This document shows positions 52,401 through 64,000 of a stretch of DNA of 64,000 bases, piece by piece. Position numbers and translations under genes: made by a program. Source of the stretch: Convolutriloba macropyga (lineage: Eukaryota); NCBI RefSeq assembly GCF_964194025.1, contig NC_134482.1, forward strand, positions 15,562,001 to 15,626,000, given 5' to 3'. Under the pieces are notes generated by a model that saw only the letters and a list, made by a program, of their open reading frames with translations, made no database searches and was not told the DNA's origin. Each line of letters begins with the position of its first letter. The first letter of the stretch is position 1.

Positions 52401-55400
52401 TTCCACGAGCATCGTCAAGTTTGCAAATGTGTTTACAAATGTGGTGAACACCTTGACTCAACTTGGATACACATCAGACCTAGAAGCCGAAGCAGGGCTA
52501 AGTTCAACAACGAGAAAACTTTCTCCGCAACTGAGAGAACAGTGGTTGCAGTATATGCAAGATCGTCGACTACTGAGAGGCAACCTGATTAATTTCAAAG
52601 AGTGGCTTGCCTCCAAAGCTGTAAGTCATGAGAACTTGTTAGCACAGACAAACTCGTTGTTTGAGAGAAACAAATTTCAAAGCCGTGATAAACCGAAGAC
52701 GAGTACCTTTGCTTCAAACGCTGAAGAGTCAAGCAAACCCAAGAATTTTGAATGTGCCTTCAAAGACGAACAACACCCCGTTTGGACTTGTGAAAAGTTC
52801 AAATAGATGAAAATAAATGAACGACGAGAGCAAGTCCAGAAGTTCCGACTGTGTTTGAATTGTTTGAGACCAGGTCACATGTCGAAGGACTGCAAAAGCA
52901 GGACATGCAGTGTACCCAGCTGATGGCGACACAACAGGTTTTTGCACAGCAACCTACCGAAGAAGGAAACTACAAAGAATGTCTCAGATGCTACAACGGC
53001 ACTAGCAACTAACATCACCCAAGGAGGACTCCCAGTGGTGCGAATCAAGCTGACAAACAGAGATTTAAGCCTAAATGTACTAGCAATGTGTGATTCGGGA
53101 TCCGCAATCTCATTTGTGGACAAATCAGTGGTGCCAAAACTCCAACTCCAAGGCCGAAAAGCATCTCTATCAGTAGCAGGGATCCATGGATCACAGGATG
53201 TAAAGACTGAAATAGTGCCGATAGCTGTGTCAGCCCATGAGAAGTCTCGACCATTGACAACAGTGCAGTTCTGTGTGCACGAGAAACTGAAGTTGGGTGA
53301 CCAGATTGTGGAGCTGCAAGAATTGAAAGACCGTTACCCACATCTGAGGAACTCGCCAAATCAGAACTACAATCTAAACGAGGTTCAAGTGATTCTTGGA
53401 CAAGATTGTTACGACATTCATCACCCTTTTGAGTTCGAGAAGTCAGAAGACAAAACTGCACCATGGGCAGTGAAATCAAAGATTGGTTGGGCCTTAAGTG
53501 GACCCCTACCAGCGAAGCAAGCAGCAACTCTGGCAACCACAGCAACATCAATTGCAGATGACAAATTGGCAAACCAGTTGAGTAAGTGGTGGGATATCGA
53601 GTCCTACGCCTCAAAGTGCGATGTCACAGGTCATTCAAAAGACGAACAACGAGAAATCAAGACGTTGGAACAAACGACCCGATTCAACGGTGAAAGATAC
53701 GAAGTTGGACTTCTGTGACGAGAGGAAGAAGTGGAGTTGCCGAACAACTTCTACTCTGCAATGGTGCAGCTCAAGTCCCTAGAACGACGCCTACAGAAAG
53801 ATGAGACGCTACGAAAGCGCTATCAGGAAACCATTGACATGGATGTCAACGCTGGATACGTTCGGAAAGTTGATCAAACAGAACTCAATGAAACCCGAAA
53901 CAGGCTACAATTGTATTTGCCACATCATCCCGTCATAAACCCGCACAAACCCGAAAAAGTCAGAAGAGTGTGCAACGCAGCAGCAAAGTACCAAGGTGTA
54001 GCTCTGAACGACAAACTTCTATCTGGACCAGATCTGCTACAGAGTCTGATCGGAATCATTTTTCGCTTCCGAGAACACCAAATAGCTTTATCAGCCGACA
54101 TAGAAGCAATGTTTCTTCAAGTTGCTGTCCCAAACGATGACAGCCGATGTTTACGATTTCTCTGGAGAGAAGATCCAGAGCGGAAAATAGAAGTCTATGA
54201 GTATACACGCCACGTTTTTGGGGCGAAAAGCTCGCCGACTTGTGCAAATTACGCTTTGCATCAAATGGCGAAAGATAATGCAGTCAACGACGAAAGTCTC
54301 GTCAGAACGGTTCAGCGAAACTTCTACATGGACAACTTCCTAAAGTCAGTAAGAACCCCTCAAGAAGCAATCGAAATCTACCGGAAAGTCAGAGACATCC
54401 TCATCAAAGGTGGATTCAATTTGACGAAATGGATAACAAGTGACGATGAAGTCAAGTCACAAATCCCAGAGGCAGACAGATCAATGATAGTTGTGAAGAC
54501 TTTCGAAGCAGAGCCACAATCATCTTCAATTCTAGGACTCAACTGGAATGTGGACACAGACAGTCTCATTGTCTGTCGTGGAACTGAGCAAGAAGTTCCG
54601 GTAAAAATAACTCAGAGAATTGTCCTATCGTTTGTCTCAGCAGTGTTCGACCCACTTGGAATATGTTCACCCTTCACCATACGAATGCGATTTCTACTCA
54701 AAAGCATTTTGGCAGCAATGGGACAAGCATGGGACAAAGAGTCGTCAGCAGAACGCTCAAAACTGTTCAGTGATTGGTGCTCTGAGTTGAGAGAAATAAG
54801 AACGATGTCAATAAACGGACTTTATTTTGAAAACGGATGCACAAACCTGAGACTTTACATCTTTACCGATGCATCAGAGGAAGCAATGTGCATTGTGGCG
54901 ATGCAGCAGAGGAAGCAATGTTCATCTGCAAGATGAAGCAACGCTAAAACTGACATATGTAATAGGGAAATGTCGTGTGGCACCCGTCAGACCCATGACG
55001 ATACCGAAGTTAGAACTCCAAGCCGCAGTTTACGGAGTTCGTCTCAGAAAGCAGATTCTAAACGGGCATGATGTCAGAATGACAAAATCTATCATTGGAC
55101 CGACTCATCAACAGTGCTACAGTGGCTACAAGCAGCGCACAAGAAACAACAAGTGTTCGTTGCGAACAGAGCAGCGGAAATACTGGAAAACTCATCGATG
55201 GATAAATGGAGACACAAGGCCTCAAGGAGTTCGTATGGCTAAACGGGCCGGCATGGCTCCAGGCAGATGAAGAAAAGTGGCCAAAGCCATGGTGTCAAGT
55301 GAACGAAGTTGTAGCTGAGCAAGCTACCAGTACTGTAGCCACAGAAAATAAACTAGACCAACTATTTGACTGGAGACGATACAGTACCTTCAATCGAATT

Positions 55401-57413
55401 AGAAACTTCATTGACTACTGCATGAGGTTCAAGACGAAGCAGAGGGGTACCCTCAAAGCAGAAGAGATCAATCAAGCAGAACAAATATTGTTTCGATTTA
55501 TTCAAACCGAAAGCTTCCCGAATGTTTCAAAGTGGATAGAAAACAGCAAAGAAATCTCCAAAACATTAAACATTGTCAAATTGTCACCCTTCATAGAGGA
55601 AGATGGAACAATCAGGGTGAAAGGCCGACTAAAGCATTCAAACCTCGCTTAAAATGCCAAACACCCAATATTGTTAACAGCAAAGCATTCAGTAGTACAA
55701 CTTCTGTTGGAGAGAGCACATCAATACAACCTACATGAGGGCACAGAATATGTGAGAAACATGCTCCAACAAGAGTACTGGATCATTGGAATAAGAATGC
55801 TTTAAGGAATTTTAAGTCGAGTTGTATCAAATGCAGACACAGAAATGCCAACCCAATTCACCCACCGATGGCAGATCTACCCAGAGAAGGGCTTGATGAA
55901 CATGTGTTCCCATTCACCCATACCGGAGTCGACTACTTCGGACCCTTTGAAGTGAAGTTCCTACGACGTACTTTGAAGAGAAGGTGCTGTCTCTTCACTT
56001 GCCTGACAACCAGAGCAGTACACATCGAAGTCACACAGTCATTGGACATCGAGTCATGTCTAGCTGCAGTGACAAGATTCATTGCAAGACGTGGCTACCC
56101 GAACACCATCATCAGTGACAACGGAACGAACTTCGTTGGAGCAGCCAATGAGCTGAAAGCATTCATGAACGAGTGGGACAAAGATAAAATTGAGGGTGAT
56201 TTAGCACAGAAAAAGATTTTTTGGAAATTCAATCCTCACGGAGCTCCGTTACTTTGGTGGAATCTGGGAAAGACTGGTTCAAAGTTGCAAGAAAGTCATG
56301 ATTGCAATCTTGGACAGCCGAAGCCTCACCGATGAGGTATTCAGTACAACGACGTGTCTTGTGGAGCAACTCTCATCGCAAGACCCCTGACAGCAGTAAG
56401 TGACGACCCAGAGGATCTGACAGCACTGACACCCAATCATTTCTTGCTAGCACGAGAAAATGCAAGTGCACCATTTATGCCATCCAGCAAGCGCTACCAG
56501 GATCTGCGAAAACCCTTCAAAACGGCTCAAGCATATGCCGACATGATCTGGAAAAGATAGTGAATTTGTGACGACATGATCTAGACACGTGAAAATCTTC
56601 CACAATGGAACCAGAGATCGAAGTTGTCAAAAGAACATGTGCGAAACCTGAAAGAAGGTGAGTTAGTGTGGCTAGTAGATAACTCTGTGAAACGCTGTGA
56701 ATACAAATTGGGACGAATCATTGAGATCTTCACTGGCAACGACGGAGTCGTGAGATCAGCGAGTGTCAAAACGGCACATGGAGTGCTAAACCGGCCAGTC
56801 GTGAAGTTAGCGCCAGTATCCTACGATGGTGTTTCCGAGATCGAAAACAGGGCCGGCGATGTTGGCGCCACTTCAAATCAGCTACAAAAGCCATCAGATA
56901 GCAAGAAATAACGTTTGAAACTGAAAAAAACTTAGAATTTGTCAAAACTCAAAAATTGTCAAAACTGAAAATTTACAAGTTGGGACCGAAAATCTGTACA
57001 CCCCCCCCCCGATTTTTGAAAGGCAAAACACGAGCTACCCGAGGTTATGGCACACGGTTAGAGTTACCTCTGAGCTACTGAAGGACCCAACGAAATTTAG
57101 TGCATCATACCCATTGGTGTGGCTATTAACACTTATATGGTGCAAAAAGTGCTTTTTTCGATATTTTGTCATTTATTGTTAACTTCTTAAATTGTTAATT
57201 CTATGATCCCTTAGGTGTTTATTAAAGGTCATGTCTCATACATTTGAGGCATTTAGTGCTACGTAATAACCATCCGTGCTTATGTCAACAAAAGTAAATA
57301 TTGTAGTAATTCGACATTTACTATGTAAACAATGACCTAAATCATTTTCTTGATTAACCAATCAGAAACAACTAGCGATGATGTTATAAATGATAAATAT
57401 TTGAGCCGCAACA
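49456..57413 (+). mobile_element. BEL/Pao copy 2 (LTR-B 49456-50394; LTR-A type 56860-57413), defective
   Basis: Near-identical to copy 1; private TGG>TGA stop at 53716-53718. Confidence 0.95.
50489..56911 (+). pseudogene. BEL/Pao gag-pol pseudogene, copy 2
   Basis: Same domains and shared lesions as copy 1; the terminal integrase frame (56624-56911) ends inside the LTR. Confidence 0.95.
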
Positions 57414-59218
57414 CATTGTTTCAATTGAATAGATTTTAAGTTCTTTCACGCATTGAATTACGCATTGTGGTGAATACGGCAAAAGTCAAAAGAGCAAAAT
57501 CGAAAGATCAAAAGAAACAGGATAAGCATGTAAAGCCCGATCATTAAGTCGTAGTCCATTAGGTTGCCAAAGTTCATTAAAGTGATTGCTGATTGGCATT
57601 AGTTTTCCGCTTAATAGCGTTGTGTTTGGAAGCTGAAACAAGTGTTCTTTTGGAATCTAACCGAATATGCAGAATTTGCACACCAAATGGAAAAAAAATT
57701 GACACTTAGAAAAATCCTGTCAAGTTTTCTTATTTTTTTTCTGTTTCAATCCCAATATGGGTCAGCGGCTGCTATTTTCCGGCAATTTGCTGGCTATGTT
57801 TTTGTTGGCTTTTCCCAACTGTTTAACAAACTGAAAATTAGGAAAATATGAAACTTCTTGGAACACATGCCCTAAAACGCCTGAAAAACACATTTAGAGA
57901 TCAAATTGACTCAAAAGTTGCAGAATTGGGATATTGGATTTTTGAAATACTAAAAACGGAAAATAATTTTAAAAATTATCGTAGAAAACAGTTTATTTTC
58001 TCGTTTCATCTTCAAATAATCTATTTCCAAAATTTTAAAGTGAGTTTCAAAATTAAGTCAAGCAGGTGGTTTTCATTCAAGAATTAGCAACTGCAGTCGA
58101 CCGAACTAGTACGGAGTTATCAATATTTTTTAGAATTAAGATAAATGAGGGTTAAATTTTTAATGAAGTATATAGAACCATTAGAAACTGTTATACAGAG
58201 CAGTTGGCTCTCAGATTGGCTAAAACTTGATTCTTTAACAACTTTAGTCTTTTTTGCTAAGTTTTGCTAGATCTTAAGATCTTGCGAATTTTAAGTTAAT
58301 TGAGCTTACATAACGAGAATTTAGCAACAATACTGGCTACAGGCTGAGGCCTTACAAAGTTCAGCACGAGATTGGACATAGATTATCACTAAGGATTTTC
58401 TTAACTTCAATCAACAAAATTAAAGTTAGTCCTTTAATACGTCCGAGCGACTAATTATTTCTGCGAGATCGTTAGTGCGTAATTCAAACGTAAACATTTG
58501 AAATAAAAATGGGATCTTTTTTGTTTCGAAAAATTTATGCTCACTAGGCTGGGGGGGAACAGAATAGATCCAAAAATTGTTATCTTTAAAACTCAATATT
58601 TCGTCGAGAAGCGACTTGAGAAAATCTTTTCATCGATCGGTTCAGTTTTTTTAGGTCTTTTCATTGGTACCGAGTGAAAATCTCTCTGAAAAAGAATATC
58701 CGTCCACTTAGTTTGTCACAAAATAGAGGGCTCATATAATGTTTTTAACCCGCATTACTTTGGGGTTTGTATCAACTAATTATCTTAGGAAATTTGCAGA
58801 GGGCTGCTATGCGAAGCGAATGTTAAGCGAAGAATCAAAGACTGTCATTAACAACCAATAACTCAAATAGACACTCGCGACCCCAGATGTCGATGATTTA
58901 TAATAAAATCTTCATGAGGCAACGTTGTTGATTAACCAAATCAAATACAGATCCCATTTTTGTTTGAGTGTGAATTACAAAGAAAAGTATGCAGTTGAGG
59001 GTTATGCAGAATGGTTGTACTTAAAATTAATGACTGCAGCATCTGTATTTTGTTAAATTTTTCTAATAGTCGACAATATTAGTTGAAGGTTGCCAAATAG
59101 AAAATAAAAGTTTTGCATTTGTCCATTCGTTTTTTTAGTAATTCAATCAGAAATCATTAACGTAGGTTTTTTGGACGTACTCTAAATCTAATCAATCGCT
59201 AAGAAGGGCAATTCAGAC

Positions 59219-62200
59219 TGTTGGCGCTACTTCAAATCAGCAACAAAAGCCATCAGACAGCAAGAAATAGCCTTGCAAAGTGACGAGACTTAGAATTTGT
59301 CAAAACTCAAAATGGTCAAAACTGAAATGTTTTACAAGTTGGGACCGAAATTTGGTATACCACTCGAATTTTGGAATGGAAAACCTGAGAAACCCGACAT
59401 TATAGCACAAAGTTAAGATAACTTCTAAGCTACTCATGGACCCAACGAAGGTTATTGCATCAGACCCACAAGTGTTGCTATTAGCACTTTTATGGTGCAA
59501 AATAGGGATTTTCCGATATTTTGTCATTTATCGTTAAATTTCCTAAGTTTATTTCATTTTATGATACTTTAGGTGTTCAAATTTCTTTTTATGATACTTT
59601 AGGTGTTCATTAAAGGCCAAATAACGTACATTTGAGGCATTTAGAGCCACGTAATTAATCCGTGCTTATATCAATAAAAGTAAAAATTGCAGTAATTTGA
59701 CATTTAATATGTAAACAATGACCAATAACCCAAATGTGTGAATATTAAAACTATATTGTATTCAGAACCATTAGAAGCTTTTACCAAGAGCAGTTGGCTC
59801 TCAGATTAGACTAAAAATTGATTCTTTATCAACTTTGGTCTTTTTTTAAGTTTTCCTAGATTTTGAGATCTTGCGAGTTTTAAGTTAGTTGAGATTACCT
59901 GACGAGAAGTTAGCAACAATAATAGCTACTGGTTGAAGCCTTACAAACTTCAGCACGAGATTGAACATAGATTCTCACTAGGGGTTTTCTTAACTTCAAT
60001 CAACAAAATTAAAATTGTGGTCCCTTACGTCCGAGCGACTAATTATTTCGACGAGATTCTGAGTCAATCGAACCCAGTGAAGAACCAGTCCGGCGTAAAG
60101 CTCGAGAACCAGGCTGTGAGATATCGGTTCCGCTGAGATTCTTGAGCAGCCGCAACATTTGGTCCGCCGACCCGGACAACAGCAACAGCAGTGACACGAA
60201 CAGCAACGAATCTTCGATTCGACCTGGTGGACCAAAACACAACCAGCAACGATGGCCAGCAAAAGTCCCAACAGACACTGGAAGACAGCTGATTGGAAGG
60301 CGAGTGGTCAACTCAAGACGTTAGAAAAAGAGCAAGCTGACCTACTCAAGTCCTTCTCCAGACACCTCAACGAGCTAGAAGGCTACCTGACACAAAACAA
60401 AACAATGACGGTCGAAGGTGCTTATCGATGTTTCTTCGAGACGTACGACAACTTGGAAGACAACCGACTACAACAGAGGTTACTATTAAAACCAAATTAT
60501 TTTGAAAACTTTGACAATGACACCAAGCGTATGTTAGGAGAAAAGAGTAAAGTTTTACGATGGGTAGTTGACAAAGTACCAGATCTCCGAGACATTGAAG
60601 ATTGTCGCGCAGTAGTCGTCGACTACCGGAAAGATACATTGCGAGTGTACAAATTATTGGAAGATTCTGTTCCAACGAATTGTTAAAACTCGAAACGAAA
60701 TTGAAAGCAGAAAAGGCGACTCCGAAAAACAGATACTGTGTAATCAGGCAGAACGGTTATTAGAAAAGCTTGATTAAATTTTCGCAGAATCTCTTCAAAT
60801 AATGAAGACAGAAGCTCGTCCCCAAGGGTTTGCAAATTTCAGTTATGCTAGAAGTTACTATCGAGACCTGATCAAGCATTACAGGCTCAGCAAGGATTGT
60901 GGAAATCAAATATCATTAGTGGTGTCCACATCGGCTGTTGACAAAGACCCAAATGAAACTGTAATTCATACAGGAAACGTAGCACAAGAAAACGGTGAGG
61001 AGAACGTCGAGGTCTCTTCCGGGCATTCTGCTACACAAGGAAGCAGAAAACAGCTAAGTATCTCTAACTCGCGATCATCGAGAAGGCGACAGATCGAAGA
61101 AATGGAGCTCGAAAACCTAAGAGCTAAGAAAGAAACAGAGCAACGACTGCGAGAGCGGCAGTTGGAGTTGGAGCAGGAGCGTGAGGAAATAGAATTTCGT
61201 CGCCAGCAAGAAGAGTTACGTTTACAACAGCAACCAGGACAAGAGTTACCTCTAAAGATGCAATAAAAAGAAGACGAACTGCGTCTTCGACAGCATGAGC
61301 GAGCCCTTGAAAACGAAAGAAAGAAAGCAGAGGAAGACGAAGAACAAAGACGTCTGAAACTTGAGCTGACCAAAGGAAGCTCAAGAGCATCTGGGTCAGT
61401 GGCAGATGAGATAGAAATTGTTAGATCAAACAGAAATCATGAAAGAACAGCCGGGTGGGCAGAATCAGTGGCTCAACAGTCTGTCTCTAGACGGCCACTA
61501 TCTCCAAATGTTGTTATCGACCCTCCAACGAATGCCACACAGGACAGTTGACAAACGTTTCAGCACCTACCCGAAAATTACCCCGCTGTTCCAACCGGGT
61601 GAAGGACTTTTCTCAACGCAACTGACTGAACCGAGCATTCTCAAGAAACCAGAAATCCGTAAACCAATTAGAGTAACGGACCCACCAGCATCGCCGTTGA
61701 CAAGGACGACGTTTCAGCAGCAAGGAACGTCAGCAGTTCAAGACAGAAACAGGAGTCAGAGTCCCATTAACAACTCTAGAAACAGGTCTACCGAGAGCAG
61801 AAACAGAAGCGCAATGAATCAAACCACTCCCCAAGTCATTTACCAAACAGTACCAAGCAATGGTGCCAGTGGCTTGCAAAAATTAAAACTGACTGAGTTT
61901 TCAGGAGACCCCATGGAATGGCCAGAATGGTTAGGTCTTTTTGATGTTGTTCATCAAAAGCCAATCAGCGATACGGAAAAGATGCAATACCTGAAGACCC
62001 GTCTCACGGGTCAAGCGAAAGCAGCAATATCGGGAATGGGAGTCAGCTCACAATCATACTATCATGCTTGGGATGTACTCTGTGAGAAGTATGGCAGATC
62101 AGATGTCATAGTCAATGCTCAATTCAAGAAAATACATATTCATCCTCCAATTCGGCACGACGATTCCACGAGCATCGTCAAGTTTGCAAATGTGTTTACA

Positions 62201-64000
62201 AATGTGGTGAACACCTTGACTCAACTTGGATACACATCAGACCTAGAAGCCGAAGCAGGGCTAAGTTCAACAACGAGAAAACTTTCTCCGCAACTGAGAG
62301 AACAGTGGTTGCAGTATATGCAAGATCGTCGACTACTGAGAGGCAACCTGATTAATTTCAAAGAGTGGCTTGCCTCCAAAGCTGTAAGTCATGAGAACTT
62401 GTTAGCACAGACAAACTCGTTGTTTGAGAGAAACAAATTTCAAAGCCGTGATAAACCGAAGACGAGTACCTTTGCTTCAAACGCTGAAGAGTCAAGCAAA
62501 CCCAAGAATTTTGAATGTGCCTTCAAAGACGAACAACACCCCGTTTGGACTTGTGAAAGTTCAAATAGATGAAAATAAATGAACGACGAGAGCAAGTCCA
62601 GAAGTTCCGACTGTGTTTGAATTGTTTGAGACCAGGTCACATGTCGAAGGACTGCAAAAGCAGGACATGCAGTGTACCCAGCTGATGGCGACACAACAGG
62701 TTTTTGCACAGCAACCTACCGAAGAAGGAAACTACAAAGAATGTCTCAGATGCTACAACGGCACTAGCAACTAACATCACCCAAGGAGGACTCCCAGTGG
62801 TGCGAATCAAGCTGACAAACAGAGATTTAAGCCTAAATGTACTAGCAATGTGTGATTCGGGATCCGCAATCTCATTTGTGGACAAATCAGTGGTGCCAAA
62901 ACTCAAACTCCAAGGCCGAAAAGCATCTCTATCAGTAGCAGGGATCCATGGATCACAGGATGTAAAGACTGAAATAGTGCCGATAGCTGTGTCAGCCCAT
63001 GAGAAGTCTCGACCATTGACAACAGTGCAGTTCTGTGTGCACGAGAAACTGAAGTTGGGTGACCAGATTGTGGAGCTGCAAGAATTGAAAGACCGTTACC
63101 CACATCTGAGGAACTCGCCAAATCAGAACTACAATCTAAACGAGGTTCAAGTGATTCTTGGACAAGATTGTTACGACATTCATCACCCTTTTGAGTTCGA
63201 GAAGTCAGAAGACAAAACTGCACCATGGGCAGTGAAATCAAAGATTGGTTGGGCCTTAAGTGGACCCCTACCAGCGAAGCAAGCAGCAACTCTGGCAACC
63301 ACAGCAACATCAATTGCAGATGACAAATTGGCAAACCAGTTGAGTAAGTGGTGGGATATCGAGTCCTACGCCTCAAAGTGCGATGTCACAGGTCATTCAA
63401 AAGACGAACAACGAGAAATCAAGACGTTGGAACAAACGACCCGATTCAACGGTGAAAGATACGAAGTTGGACTTCTGTGGCGAGAGGAAGAAGTGGAGTT
63501 GCCGAACAACTTCTACTCTGCAATGGTGCAGCTCAAGTCCCTAGAACGACGCCTACAGAAAGATGAGACGCTACGAAAGCGCTATCAGGAAACCATTGAC
63601 ATGGATGTCAACGCTGGATACGTTCGGAAAGTTGATCAAACAGAACTCAATGAAACCCGAAACAGGCTACAATTGTATTTGCCACATCATCCCGTCATAA
63701 ACCCGCACAAACCCGAAAAAGTCAGAAGAGTGTGCAACGCAGCAGCAAAGTACCAAGGTGTAGCTCTGAACGACAAACTTCTATCTGGACCAGATCTGCT
63801 ACAGAGTCTGATCGGAATCATTTTTCGCTACCGAGAACACCAAATAGCTTTATCAGCCGACATAGAAGCAATGTTTCTTCAAGTTGCTGTCCCAAACGAT
63901 GACAGCCGATGTTTACGATTTCTCTGGAGAGAAGATCCAGAGCGGAAAATAGAAGTCTATGAGTATACACGCCACGTTTTTGGGGCGAAAAGCTCGCCGA
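59219..64000 (+). mobile_element. BEL/Pao copy 3, truncated by the window end within RT
   Basis: LTR-B 59219-60157, PBS, gag, PR, RT up to FGAKSSP; private 1-bp deletion near 62556. Confidence 0.95.

Larger units (their letters stand above)
37340..64000 (+). repeat. Head-to-tail tandem array, period ~9.76 kb (LTR-A + 1.8-kb spacer + LTR-B + BEL internal region), at least 2.7 units
   Basis: LTR-A starts at 37340, 47098 and 56860 (offsets 9758, 9762); LTR-B starts at 39700, 49456 and 59219; near-identical ORF sets. Confidence 0.97.

Overview
AT-rich, transposon-dense eukaryotic DNA, most likely from an invertebrate animal (animal-type alpha-tubulin, GT-AG introns). (1) 1-5785: 3' part of a decayed Ty3/Gypsy LTR retrotransposon (RT-RNaseH-IN). 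It is followed by a degenerate extra ORF whose Cys/Gly pattern resembles chuvirus-type/gB-like class III fusion glycoproteins (putative env), then a PPT and 3' LTR. (2) 6169-9262: an internally rearranged tandem repeat starting with a GG-type TIR. (3) 9280-11721: a decayed CRE-like (RLE) non-LTR retrotransposon hit by two small TIR elements with perfect 8-bp TSDs (Merlin-like MITEs; relatives lie at 35071 and in the array spacer). (4) 12351-13706: an intact, intronless alpha-tubulin with an unusual P72C change. (5) A 5'-truncated CR1/L2-type LINE on the minus strand. (6) A five-exon, 3'-incomplete host gene (18779-23239, Ser-rich plus coiled coil); its next intron probably contains much of the rest of the window. 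(7) A composite Helentron-like repeat family with tRNA-like modules, a C-rich minisatellite and ~165-170 bp subrepeats, including a 2.73-kb tandem duplication. (8) 37340-64000: a ~9.76-kb head-to-tail tandem array of a dead BEL/Pao element. Each unit has two different LTR types. TSDs and diagnostic bases indicate the array arose by recombination between the element's 3' LTR and an upstream solo LTR, after the element was inactivated. Family assignments come from motifs recognised by eye, not from database searches.
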